NCBI GenBank assembly: GCA_017642535.1
Contig: JAGCOW010000042.1
Coordinates: 64,777-128,776 of the forward strand
DNA from: Bacteroidales bacterium
GTDB taxonomy: Bacteria; Bacteroidota; Bacteroidia; Bacteroidales; UBA1715
DNA: 64,000 nucleotides
Direction: 5' to 3'
Part shown: positions 1 through 8,427 of the stretch, piece by piece
How positions within the stretch are numbered: the first letter of the stretch is position 1
Layout: every line of letters starts with the position of its first letter
Position numbers and translations under genes: made by a program
Notes under the pieces: generated by a model
What the model saw: the letters and a program-made list of their open reading frames with translations, nothing else
What the model was told of the DNA's origin: nothing
Database searches by the model: none

Positions 1-1128
1 GCCACTATATGCCTTGGCGTAACCGTTGGTAGGCAATGTGTGGTTTGTCCCCGAAGCATAGTCGCCGGCACTTTCGGGAGAATAGTTACCCAAAAATACA
101 GATCCTGCATTCACCACTTTTTTGCTGAACTCGAACGCATTTTCAACCGAAAGAATCAGGTGTTCTGGAGCATATTCGTTCATCATTTCCACAAGGTCGC
201 TTACCGAGTCGAATACGACAATTTTGCTATTTTTAACTGAAATTTCCACGATTTCGTTTCGTTTCAGTTGTGCCTTTTGCTGCTCAATAGCTTTTGCCGT
301 TTCGTCGGCAATTCGTTTTGATGTCGTAAGCAGAATTGCCTGGCTGTCTTTCCCATGTTCGCATTGTGAAAGAAAATCCGACGCGATGAAATCTGGATTT
401 GCCGTTTCGTCGGCAACAATCATCACTTCCGATGGTCCTGCAGGCATATCGATTGCCACACCTTGCATGCTCACCATCATTTTCGCCTTCATAACAAACT
501 GGTTGCCAGGGCCAAATATCTTATATACTTGTGGTATTGTTTCCGTACCGTATGCCATTGCAGCAATTGCCTGTGCACCGCCAACTTTGAATATCTGCGT
601 CACGCCAGCTTGTTTTGCCGCATAGAGAATGGCAGGATGAATGGAACCAGTCTTTCCTTCTGGCGTACAAAGGATTATTTCCTTGCACCCCGCAATTTTA
701 GCAGGAATGGCAAGCATCAAAATTGTTGAAAACAAAGGTGCGGAGCCACCGGGAATATATAATCCCACTTTTTCAATACCGACGCTTTTACGCCAACATT
801 TCACACCAAACATAGTTTCGGTAACAGAGGGAATTTCCTCTTGGCGCTCGTGGAATCTTGTTATATTGGCGATGGCTACCTTTATGGCCGCTTTCAGATT
901 GTCGGACACAAGCGATTCGGCAACGCAAATTTCTTGTTGCGACACTTTCAGATTCTGAATATCAGGATTGTCGAATTTGCGACAATATTCCAACACGGCT
1001 TTGTCGCCGTTTTCCTTCACGTTTGCTAATATCCCCGCCACAATAGGTTCTAGTTCTGCGTTCTCAAGCAACGGGCGTTTCAGAATCTTTCCCCAATCTT
1101 TTTTGTCGGGATTTATATATGTTTCCAT
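1..1128 (-). CDS. hisD: histidinol dehydrogenase (N-terminal 376 codons; C-terminus runs off window start)
   Basis: Manual minus-strand translation from ATG (cat 1126-1128) gives METYINPDKKDWGKILKRPLLENAELEPIV...KVGGAQAIAAMAYGTETIPQVYKIFGPGNQFV...PEHLIL.... The frame stays open to position 1. It is absent from the ORF track because it has no stop in the window. Plus-strand ORFs 40-1219 are antisense shadows. Confidence 0.9.
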   Translation of the reverse strand, partial: METYINPDKKDWGKILKRPLLENAELEPIVAGILANVKENGDKAVLEYCRKFDNPDIQNLKVSQQEICVAESLVSDNLKAAIKVAIANITRFHERQEEIPSVTETMFGVKCWRKSVGIEKVGLYIPGGSAPLFSTILMLAIPAKIAGCKEIILCTPEGKTGSIHPAILYAAKQAGVTQIFKVGGAQAIAAMAYGTETIPQVYKIFGPGNQFVMKAKMMVSMQGVAIDMPAGPSEVMIVADETANPDFIASDFLSQCEHGKDSQAILLTTSKRIADETAKAIEQQKAQLKRNEIVEISVKNSKIVVFDSVSDLVEMMNEYAPEHLILSVENAFEFSKKVVNAGSVFLGNYSPESAGDYASGTNHTLPTNGYAKAYSG

Positions 1129-1200
1129 CACCTTTCAATGTTTGTTTTTTGTATTCAGTTGCTTGCAATTTGTGATGACTTTGCACGACAATTTGCTTTG

Positions 1201-1208
1201 CAAATATA
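1201..1208 (-). promoter_or_regulatory. candidate Bacteroidota -7 box (TATATTTG) for hisD
   Basis: The reverse complement of caaatata matches TAnnTTTG, 73 nt upstream of the hisD ATG. Confidence 0.3.
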
Positions 1209-1301
1209 TAAAAAGTTGAGAGTTCCTTATAAAAATGTATCTACAAGACTTTCATTCCGCTATTTTTTTTAGAAAAAATATTGTAATTGCAAGAAAAACA
1301 T

Positions 1302-1309
1302 TATTTTTG
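1302..1309 (+). promoter_or_regulatory. candidate -7 box (TATTTTTG)
   Basis: Matches TAnnTTTG, 25 nt upstream of the ATG at 1334. Confidence 0.3.
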
Positions 1310-1333
1310 CGTAAAATTTTTAATAGAATTACT

Positions 1334-2032
1334 ATGAAAAAGGTATTGATGAATCTTGCTCTATGTGCGGCAGCAATGTTTGGAGCAATGTCAGTTTCGG
1401 CACAAGAAGAAAAATCTCCTTGCGAAACACAATGTAATGTTGGTTTAGAAATTAAATCATCAGAAATCTGGAGAGGTCTTCAAATAGGTTCAGGACCTGC
1501 TTTTAAACCTATGTTTGCAATAAATGCTGGTAGTTTCTCTATCGGTGCAGAAGGTACAATGTGTACAGGCGAAGATTTAGGTTTCGAAAGCAATATCTAC
1601 GCAAAATACCGTTTCCCATTCGATTTGACTCTTGAATTGATTGACTACTATGCAGGTGGTAACTGGTTGGGAGTTAACTTCGACAATATTGCAAAAACTC
1701 ACACGATTGAACCAGCTATCCGTTACAACTACGGAAAATTACAGTTCTACATTGCTTTGAACTTTATGGAAAACAAAGAAGTTGATTTCTATGGTCACCT
1801 TGCTTACGACTTTGATATTTTCAAAGTAACTCTTGGCGGTGGTGATGGTATTTATACAACAAGTCCAGTATGGGGTAATGGTGGTGACTTCGCTATCTGC
1901 AACATCGGTTTGGAGAAAGAAACTGCTATTCAAATCAACGACAGATTCGCATTGCCAATCACTGGTGGTGTTGCTTTGAACCCTGCTATTGAACGTTTCT
2001 ACGCTTACGCTGCTATTAAATTTGCAAAATAA
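1334..2032 (+). CDS. hypothetical secreted / outer-membrane beta-barrel-like protein
   Basis: ORF 1235-2032. The internal ATG at 1334 gives a signal peptide, MKKVLMNLALCAAAMFGAMSVSAQ. The sequence shows an alternating aromatic/Gly-rich pattern. No family was recognised. Confidence 0.6.
   Translation: MKKVLMNLALCAAAMFGAMSVSAQEEKSPCETQCNVGLEIKSSEIWRGLQIGSGPAFKPMFAINAGSFSIGAEGTMCTGEDLGFESNIYAKYRFPFDLTLELIDYYAGGNWLGVNFDNIAKTHTIEPAIRYNYGKLQFYIALNFMENKEVDFYGHLAYDFDIFKVTLGGGDGIYTTSPVWGNGGDFAICNIGLEKETAIQINDRFALPITGGVALNPAIERFYAYAAIKFAK
2017..2024 (+). promoter_or_regulatory. candidate -7 box (TAAATTTG) upstream of leader ORF
   Basis: Matches TAnnTTTG, lies inside the 3' end of the upstream CDS, and is 20 nt before the leader ATG. 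Confidence 0.3.
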
Positions 2033-2043
2033 TAGATAAAGCA

Positions 2044-2106
2044 ATGAAACTTACAAAGACATACTCGTTTTACTTTTACTTCTTTTACTTTTATTTTAAA
2101 AGATAA
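2044..2106 (+). CDS. putative Phe/Tyr-rich leader peptide (20 aa) of the aromatic operon
   Basis: Hand translation: atg aaa ctt aca aag aca tac tcg ttt tac ttt tac ttc ttt tac ttt tat ttt aaa aga taa = MKLTKTYSFYFYFFYFYFKR. It contains 6 Phe and 5 Tyr. It is below the 60-aa cutoff of the ORF track. Confidence 0.6.
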   Translation: MKLTKTYSFYFYFFYFYFKR

Positions 2107-2153
2107 AAGCGAGGTCACGTGTATGTAATTAATGATGTAAAAATTGTACAAAC

Positions 2154-2185
2154 GAAGCCTCGATGAATGTCGGGGCTTTTTTTTT
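2154..2185 (+). terminator. intrinsic terminator-like hairpin (attenuator) immediately upstream of pheA
   Basis: Stem 2154-2162 (gaagcctcg) pairs with 2171-2179 (cggggcttt), including G-U pairs. The loop is 8 nt, followed by a run of nine T (2177-2185). It ends 13 nt before the pheA ATG. Confidence 0.6.
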
Positions 2186-2198
2186 GAATGATATAAAT

Positions 2199-3035
2199 AT
2201 GAAAATTGCAATTCAAGGTGTGAACGGAGCATTCCACGAAATAGCCGCCAAAGAATATTTCGGCGACGACATTACAACGCTCAACTGCAACCAGTTCAAG
2301 GATTTGTTCTCGGCTGTGGAGCACGGCACTGCCGATTACGGCATTTGTGCCATAGAAAACACAATAGCGGGCAGCATCCTCGAAAATTATTTGTTGCTTA
2401 AACGCTCAAAGTTGAAAGTCATCGGTGAGATTTCACTGCACATCACGCAAAATCTTATGGTGTTGCCAGGTACGAAAATCGAAGACATTCACGAGGTGTA
2501 TTCTCATCCGATAGCAATCCAGCAAAGCAAGGATTTTCTCGACAACTATCCTGATATGAAAATCATCAACTGGTCCGACACGGCTTCGAGCGCACAAAAA
2601 ATCAAAGAAGAAAAACTTACCAACGCAGCAGCAATCGCAAGTGAATATGCTGCCGATTTGTACGGTCTTGAGATTTTGGCAAGAAACATTCAGACGCATA
2701 AGAAAAACTACACGCGTTTCCTTGCCCTGAGCCGTATTCCTGTTGATAGTGAGGAAAACAACAAAGCATCGATTTGCTTTGAACTTACGCACCAACCCGG
2801 CTCGTTGGTCGATGTGCTTGCAGAATTCAAGAAACATGAAATAAATCTTACCAAAATCCAGTCGCTTCCTATTTTGGGAAGTCCGTATCAATATACGTTC
2901 TACGTGGATTTGGAATGGAAGGACAAAAACAAGTTTGACGCCGCTTTGGCAGCAGTGTTGAAGGTGGTTTCAAACCTTTCTGTCTTGGGAGAATATAAAC
3001 GTGATGAAAAATTCAATTACGAAATTTTGAACTAA
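2199..3035 (+). CDS. pheA: prephenate dehydratase
   Basis: MKIAIQGVNGAFHEIAAKEYFG..., an NYTRF motif, and a C-terminal ACT-like domain (LTKIQSLP). The start was moved from 2163 to 2199 because the longer ORF would read through the terminator hairpin. Confidence 0.9.
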   Translation: MKIAIQGVNGAFHEIAAKEYFGDDITTLNCNQFKDLFSAVEHGTADYGICAIENTIAGSILENYLLLKRSKLKVIGEISLHITQNLMVLPGTKIEDIHEVYSHPIAIQQSKDFLDNYPDMKIINWSDTASSAQKIKEEKLTNAAAIASEYAADLYGLEILARNIQTHKKNYTRFLALSRIPVDSEENNKASICFELTHQPGSLVDVLAEFKKHEINLTKIQSLPILGSPYQYTFYVDLEWKDKNKFDAALAAVLKVVSNLSVLGEYKRDEKFNYEILN

Positions 3036-3036
3036 T

Positions 3037-3879
3037 ATGAATATTGTAGTTATAGGAACAGGTTTGATTGGCGGCTCAATGGCGCTTTCCGCCCGTGGAT
3101 TTGAGACAAAAATCATTGGCGTTGATGCTAACGAGGAAAACCTGAAAAAAGCGATAGAACTTGGTATTGTCGATATGGCAATGCCACTTGAGCAAGCCGT
3201 TTTAGTTGCTGATTTGATTATTATCTCAATACCTGTGGATGCGGCACGCGAAATGCTTCCGTCGATTCTCGACAATATGCGCGACGATGCCGTTGTAATC
3301 GACACTGGTTCGACAAAAGCAGGCATTTGTGGCAAAGTACGCAATCACCCTCGCCGAGGAAATTTCGTGGCTTCGCACCCTATGGCTGGAACGGAATTTT
3401 CGGGACCGACAGCCGCATTTGCTGGTTTGTTCAAAGACAAAAAAGCAATCATTTGTGAAAAAGAATTGAGTAGCGATTTTGCTCTCAAACGTGCATTGAC
3501 ACTATATAAGCTTTTGGGAATGAGTGTGTTGTATATGTCGGCCGAAGACCACGACAAACACATTGCCTACGTGTCGCACCTTACGCACGTGATTGCATAC
3601 GCATTGAGTTTGACGGTTCAGGAAATTGAGAAAAACGAGGAAAAGAAAATCTTCGAAATGGCAGGCAGTGGTTTCGCTTCAACCGTACGAATCGCAAAAA
3701 GTTCGTCGGCAATGTGGACGCCGATTTTCCGCCAAAACGCCCGTTTCCTGACAGATTCAATCGACAAATACATTGATGTATTGAATCATTTCAAACAATT
3801 GATTGCCGAAGACAGAACAAAAGAATTGTTTGACGAAATAAAAGAAGCAAATAGAATTAAAGACGTATTAAAAGGATAA
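3037..3879 (+). CDS. tyrA: prephenate dehydrogenase
   Basis: MNIVVIGTGLIGGSMALS (Rossmann motif) and SHPMAG. The ATG lies 1 nt after the pheA stop. Confidence 0.9.
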   Translation: MNIVVIGTGLIGGSMALSARGFETKIIGVDANEENLKKAIELGIVDMAMPLEQAVLVADLIIISIPVDAAREMLPSILDNMRDDAVVIDTGSTKAGICGKVRNHPRRGNFVASHPMAGTEFSGPTAAFAGLFKDKKAIICEKELSSDFALKRALTLYKLLGMSVLYMSAEDHDKHIAYVSHLTHVIAYALSLTVQEIEKNEEKKIFEMAGSGFASTVRIAKSSSAMWTPIFRQNARFLTDSIDKYIDVLNHFKQLIAEDRTKELFDEIKEANRIKDVLKG

Positions 3880-3882
3880 ATA

Positions 3883-3910
3883 GTAGAGACGTGCCATGGC
3901 GCGTCTCTAC
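3883..3910. repeat. GTAGAGACG...CGTCTCTAC palindromic hairpin, copy A
   Basis: gtagagacg tgccatggcg cgtctctac, with perfect 9-bp outer arms, 3 nt after the tyrA stop. Confidence 0.8.
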
Positions 3911-3939
3911 AGAAAAACAAGGAAAAAATAATAAAATAT

Positions 3940-5013
3940 ATGAAAGTAGATAGTATAGAAACATGGGGCATCAACGCAAAGCGTCCTGTAATCATTGCAG
4001 GCCCATGTAGTGCAGAATCAGAAGAGCAGGTAATGGAAACTGCCAGAGGATTGAAAGAACTTGGTGTGCAAATTTTCCGTGCGGGTATCTGGAAACCGCG
4101 TACACGTCCAAATTCGTTCGAAGGCGTTGGTTTTGAAGGATTGGCGTGGTTGAAACGTGTTAAAAAAGAATATGGAATGCTTACGGCAACCGAAGTTGCA
4201 TGTCAGAAACACGTGAACGAAGCCCTCAAAATGGGCGTTGACATTCTTTGGATTGGAGCTCGTACGACGGTGAATCCATTTGCCGTACAAGAAATTGCCA
4301 ACGAGTTGAAGGGCGTTGACATTCCAGTGCTTATCAAGAATCCTATCAATCCCGACTTGGAATTGTGGATTGGCGCTTTCGAGCGAATCGCCGGTGCTGG
4401 AATCACGAAACTTGGTGCTATTCACCGTGGATTTTCATCGTTCGAAAAAATAAAATATCGCAACGCTCCGCAATGGCAGATGGCGATAGAATTACACCGC
4501 CGTATCCCTGATTTGCCAATTATCTGCGACCCGAGCCACATGGCAGGAAAACGCGAATATGTTCAGGAATTGGCACAAAAATCATTGGATTTGGGTGCAA
4601 ACGGTTTGATAATTGAATCACACTGCAATCCCGACGTGGCATTGAGCGACTCGAAGCAACAATTCACGCCGAAAGATTTAGGCGTGATTCTAAATAATTT
4701 GGTTGTTCGTGAACGTGGAACGAATAACGCTGATTACAAAGAAGTTATGAGCGAACTTCGTGCAAAAATCGACGTGCTTGACGAAATGTTGCTCGACACG
4801 CTTTCGAAACGTATGGACGTGTGCCGCGAAATGGGTAAGACGAAAAAGGAAAACAATGTGCAAGTATTCCAGTCGCATCGTTGGGACCAAATCTTGACCG
4901 ACAAGCTTGCTCGTGGTGCTGAAAAAGGGTTGAGCAACGAGTTGATTGAAAAAACTTTTAAAGCAATTCACCAAGAATCAATCAATATTCAAACGGAAAT
5001 TGTAAATTCGTAG
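3940..5013 (+). CDS. bifunctional 3-deoxy-7-phosphoheptulonate (DAHP) synthase / chorismate mutase
   Basis: The N-terminus is of the KDO8P-synthase-like type-I-beta DAHPS kind (IIAGPCSAESEEQ...IFRAGIWKPRTRP). A C-terminal ~90 aa AroQ-like chorismate mutase segment follows (LRAKIDVLDEMLLDTLSKRMDVCREMG...). Confidence 0.85.
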   Translation: MKVDSIETWGINAKRPVIIAGPCSAESEEQVMETARGLKELGVQIFRAGIWKPRTRPNSFEGVGFEGLAWLKRVKKEYGMLTATEVACQKHVNEALKMGVDILWIGARTTVNPFAVQEIANELKGVDIPVLIKNPINPDLELWIGAFERIAGAGITKLGAIHRGFSSFEKIKYRNAPQWQMAIELHRRIPDLPIICDPSHMAGKREYVQELAQKSLDLGANGLIIESHCNPDVALSDSKQQFTPKDLGVILNNLVVRERGTNNADYKEVMSELRAKIDVLDEMLLDTLSKRMDVCREMGKTKKENNVQVFQSHRWDQILTDKLARGAEKGLSNELIEKTFKAIHQESINIQTEIVNS

Positions 5014-5037
5014 CCGAAAAATGGCAAAGACAGAGTT

Positions 5038-6072
5038 ATGAAGAAACTCGAGATAAAAAGTTCAATAGGGTCATCGGAAATATTTGTGGGAGAATCTCTT
5101 GCAAATGTTTCCCGATACCTTCCCAAAGGTCGAAAAATAGCTATCATAACCGATCCAGCTATTCGTTCTTTGTATGGAAATCAGTTCCCCAAAGTTGATT
5201 TAATCCTTGAAATTCCACAAGGCGAGGCAAATAAAAATCTACAATCGTTGGATGCGATTTTTGAGCAACTTATCAATGCGGAGTTTGATAGATCGTCGTT
5301 TATACTGGGCATTGGTGGTGGAATCGTGTGCGACATGAGCGGTTTCATAGCAACCATTTTTATGCGCGGCATTGAATTCGGCTTTGTCTCTACAACCTTG
5401 TTGAGTCAGGTGGATGCAAGTGTTGGAGGGAAAAACGGCGTGAATTTCCAAGGATATAAGAATATGATTGGCACATTCAGTTTGCCCAAATTTGTGATTT
5501 GCGAACTGAATATATTGAAATCTCTTCCAGAGCGGGAACTTTTGAGTGGCATGGGCGAAGTGGTGAAACACGGAGCGATTGCTTCTGAATGGTTGTTTTC
5601 ATACATTGAAAATCACGTGGCTGATTTGAAGAAGTATTCAATGGAAGCGTTGGAAACTTTTGTGTATGAATCGATTGTGATAAAATCTTCTGTCGTTAGC
5701 GGCGATGTGAAAGAGTCTGGTCAACGACGGATATTTAATTTTGGTCATACGTTTGGGCACGCTATTGAAAAAATCACCAAAATGCCTCACGGTTGTGCGG
5801 TAAGTGTGGGAATGGTGATGGCAGCAAAACTTTCTGTCATAAAAGGGAAAATGAAACAGACGGAATGCGACCGATTGGTGAATCTTTTGAAAAAAATTGG
5901 TCTGCCTACATCAGCCGAAATCAATCCCGACGAGTTGCTTGACGTGATGAAATGCGACAAGAAACGCGAAGGTGACAGCGTTCATTTTGTGTATCTGACG
6001 GGCATTGGAGCGTGTAGCGTTGAAAAAATAACATATACTGAATTAGCTTCTTTGATACGTGATTTGTGTTAG
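5038..6072 (+). CDS. aroB: 3-dehydroquinate synthase
   Basis: GIGGGIVCDMSGFIA...LLSQVDASVGGKNGVNF...GHTFGHAIE. Confidence 0.9.
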   Translation: MKKLEIKSSIGSSEIFVGESLANVSRYLPKGRKIAIITDPAIRSLYGNQFPKVDLILEIPQGEANKNLQSLDAIFEQLINAEFDRSSFILGIGGGIVCDMSGFIATIFMRGIEFGFVSTTLLSQVDASVGGKNGVNFQGYKNMIGTFSLPKFVICELNILKSLPERELLSGMGEVVKHGAIASEWLFSYIENHVADLKKYSMEALETFVYESIVIKSSVVSGDVKESGQRRIFNFGHTFGHAIEKITKMPHGCAVSVGMVMAAKLSVIKGKMKQTECDRLVNLLKKIGLPTSAEINPDELLDVMKCDKKREGDSVHFVYLTGIGACSVEKITYTELASLIRDLC

Positions 6073-6691
6073 TGTTATAGAAAAGGATATTTCTAAAATC
6101 ATTTCTGTGGCTCATTCTGCCGAAATGGCCGAAATCCGTATTGACTTGTGTGGGATGGATGAAAAAGCTGTCGCTGACGTTTTTTCTCAAATTACAGTTC
6201 CGACAATTGCCACGTGTCGTCCAGAATTTTGTGATGACGTAAAGCGTGCAAAATTGCTGAAGACGGCGATTCTTTCGGGTGCAACTTATGTTGATGTGGA
6301 AATAGAATCACAGGAAAATTTCAAAAAAGAAATCTTGAACTTTGCTCACGAAAAGGGTTGCAAGTGTATTATTTCGTATCACAATTACGAGGAAACACCT
6401 CCGAGACAAAAATTGCAAGAAATAATTGATACTTGTTTTTCGCAAGGTGCCGACGTTGCTAAAATTGCGACAATGGCACGGTCAAAACGTGATGCTGCGA
6501 GAGTATTGTCACTATACGAGTCAAACGACAACATTGTTGCCTTGGCGATGGGCGAAGAAGGGAAAATCTCTCGCGTAGCTTGTCTTTATTTGGGTAGCCC
6601 ATTTTCATTTGCCGCCATTGACGAGACGCACGCCTCGGCCAATGGACAACTTACCGTGGCACAGATGAAGGAGTTACGACATTGCTTGTGA
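6059..6691 (+). CDS. aroD: type I 3-dehydroquinate dehydratase
   Basis: ICVSVIEK...AEIRIDL...VALAMGEEGKISRV. The GTG start overlaps the aroB end by 14 nt. Confidence 0.8.
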   Translation: MICVSVIEKDISKIISVAHSAEMAEIRIDLCGMDEKAVADVFSQITVPTIATCRPEFCDDVKRAKLLKTAILSGATYVDVEIESQENFKKEILNFAHEKGCKCIISYHNYEETPPRQKLQEIIDTCFSQGADVAKIATMARSKRDAARVLSLYESNDNIVALAMGEEGKISRVACLYLGSPFSFAAIDETHASANGQLTVAQMKELRHCL

Positions 6692-6716
6692 TTTCTTTCC
6701 CAACGAATCGATAGGG

Positions 6717-6742
6717 GAGAAAACATTTTCTCATATTTTTTC
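6717..6742 (+). terminator. weak terminator-like hairpin after aroD
   Basis: gagaaa-acat-tttctc followed by atatttttt. The stem is only 6 bp and AT-rich. Confidence 0.3.
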
Positions 6743-6743
6743 T

Positions 6744-6751
6744 TACTTTTG
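6744..6751 (+). promoter_or_regulatory. candidate -7 box (TACTTTTG)
   Basis: Matches TAnnTTTG, 45 nt upstream of ATG 6796. Confidence 0.3.
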
Positions 6752-6795
6752 ACACGAACAGCGAAGGCATTGTTCCAAAACGAAAATTGAAACTT

Positions 6796-7857
6796 ATGGC
6801 AGACTCAAATTTTGTACTTTCCGACTTGCTTCGGAACAACATTCGAAATATCACTCCGTATTCAACGGCACGCGATGAATATCAAGGTGTTGCGTTGGTA
6901 AACCTTGATGCAAACGAAAATTCATTCGGCTCGGTTGGTAATGGAAATTACAACCGTTATCCTGACCCGTATCAGTTTGAATTAAAACAAGTTGTATCAA
7001 AAATCAAAAACATTCCTGTTGACCAGATATTTCTTGGAGGCAGTGGTAGCGACGAAGGAATAGGATTGCTTTACACTGCATTCTGCGAACCGGGCATCGA
7101 CAATGCGATTGTGTGTCCTCCAACCTACGGTATGTATGGCGTTTCGGCCGAAATACACAATACACCGTGCAAACAAGTTCCTTTAACTGCTGATTTTCAG
7201 TTACAAGCCGACAAGGTGATTGCTGCAATGGACAGTCACACGAAACTCACGTGGATTTGTTCTCCGAACAATCCTTCGGGAAATTCTTACGATCGAGAAG
7301 CTGTACGAAAAGTGATTGAAGCGGCTAAAGGCATTGTGGTGATTGACGAGGCATATATCGATTTCAGTAGCGAGAAATCTTGGAAAGAAGAACTCCCGAA
7401 ATATCCGAACTTGGTAGTGTTGCAGACGTTTTCAAAGGCGTGGGGTCTTGCAAACTGTCGTTTGGGAATGATGTTCGCATCAAAGGGAATTATCGCTGTA
7501 ATCAACAAAATCAAATTGCCGTACAATATGAACGGTATGACGCAAAAATATGCCTGTGAAATCCTGTCAAAATATGCGTCGCAAAAAGATGATTATGTGA
7601 AGGAAATCCTTGCAGAACGAGAGAAACTGATTCCTGCTTTGCAAGCAATTTCGTTGGTGAAAAAAGTTTTTCCAAGCGATGCGAATTTCCTTTTAGTTAA
7701 GATTGATAATGCTCACGATGTATATAACTACTTGGTTAAGGAAGGCATTATTGTACGCGATCGCACTAAAGTGACCCTTTGCGAAGATTGCCTGCGAATT
7801 ACAGTGGGAACAACAAAGGAGAACGAGTTGCTGATAGAAAAGCTAAAACAATTGTAA
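6796..7857 (+). CDS. hisC: HisC-family (histidinol-phosphate/aromatic) aminotransferase
   Basis: YPDP, SPNNPSG, DEAYIDF, and QTFSKAWGLANCRLG (PLP-binding lysine). The track start at 6787 is TTG. The first ATG is at 6796. Confidence 0.85.
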   Translation: MADSNFVLSDLLRNNIRNITPYSTARDEYQGVALVNLDANENSFGSVGNGNYNRYPDPYQFELKQVVSKIKNIPVDQIFLGGSGSDEGIGLLYTAFCEPGIDNAIVCPPTYGMYGVSAEIHNTPCKQVPLTADFQLQADKVIAAMDSHTKLTWICSPNNPSGNSYDREAVRKVIEAAKGIVVIDEAYIDFSSEKSWKEELPKYPNLVVLQTFSKAWGLANCRLGMMFASKGIIAVINKIKLPYNMNGMTQKYACEILSKYASQKDDYVKEILAEREKLIPALQAISLVKKVFPSDANFLLVKIDNAHDVYNYLVKEGIIVRDRTKVTLCEDCLRITVGTTKENELLIEKLKQL

Positions 7858-7903
7858 ATTGACAATTGAGAATGAGAACCTTGTGATATTGGTCTCAGTA
7901 TTC

Positions 7904-8299
7904 TTATGATTCTTCCCAAAAACTTTCGGGTAACCAAACATTTTCGAGTTTTTGTGCTTCTTTGAACAAGGGAGCAATCTCGCTGTCTTGAAATCCTGCA
8001 ATTCCGCAGCCAATACGAGTAACAAGGAATTTCAGTTCTTTGTGTTCTTGTGCAAAAGCAATAAATTCGTCAACGTAGGGTTTTATGACATCTACGCCCC
8101 CGTGCATTGTAGGAATTCCGTAAGATTGTCCTTGTAGGCCGACGCCTTGTCCCCATATCGCACCAAATTTTTTCAGTGCTGTGTATGCTGCACCGCCACC
8201 GTGCATTCCTTCCAAATTACTGCCAAATACAAAAATCTCATTTTCGTTCAATGACTGAATAAAATTGGGTGTAATACGCTTTGTAGCAAATTGTTCCAT
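7904..8299 (-). CDS. conserved hypothetical protein (FVFGSN..G.HGGGAA / GCGIAG motifs; possibly LOG/SLOG-like Rossmann fold)
   Basis: ORF 7904-8323. The first ATG is at 8299. The TTG at 8323 lies inside a TACCTTTG promoter-like box. Confidence 0.6.
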   Translation of the reverse strand: MEQFATKRITPNFIQSLNENEIFVFGSNLEGMHGGGAAYTALKKFGAIWGQGVGLQGQSYGIPTMHGGVDVIKPYVDEFIAFAQEHKELKFLVTRIGCGIAGFQDSEIAPLFKEAQKLENVWLPESFWEES

Positions 8300-8320
8300 A
8301 GTTTTTGCCTTTTTTGTTTT

Positions 8321-8328
8321 CAAAGGTA
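8321..8328 (-). promoter_or_regulatory. candidate -7 box (TACCTTTG)
   Basis: The reverse complement of caaaggta matches TAnnTTTG, 22 nt upstream of ATG 8299. Confidence 0.3.
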
Positions 8329-8380
8329 AAAAACACCTTCAAAATTTTACCGAAATGTAGTATTTTTTTTTGTTTTTTTG

Positions 8381-8388
8381 TAACTTTG
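8381..8388 (+). promoter_or_regulatory. candidate -7 box (TAACTTTG) for the giant surface-protein gene
   Basis: Matches TAnnTTTG, preceded by a T-rich tract containing TTTG, and 72 nt upstream of ATG 8460. Confidence 0.35.
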
Positions 8389-8395
8389 TTACACG

Positions 8396-8427
8396 TAAAA
8401 GTGTCTTAAATACACTTTTATTTTTTT
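8396..8427 (+). promoter_or_regulatory. 5'-leader hairpin plus T7 run (terminator-like)
   Basis: taaaagtgt-cttaaat-acactttta forms a perfect 9-bp AT-rich stem, followed by ttttttt. Confidence 0.35.

Noticed and set aside
40-1219. Eight plus-strand ORFs (40-240, 122-625, 463-729, 641-958, 841-1029, 858-1046, 968-1219) in the first 1.2 kb.
   Set aside because: The minus strand here encodes an uninterrupted, clearly recognisable histidinol dehydrogenase. The plus-strand ORFs are antisense shadows with low-complexity, Cys/Phe-rich translations.
2163-2198. The longer pheA start (MNVGAFFLNDIN...) given by the ORF track.
   Set aside because: It would place the start codon inside the terminator hairpin and T-run. 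The MKIAIQG start at 2199 matches the usual N-terminus of prephenate dehydratases.
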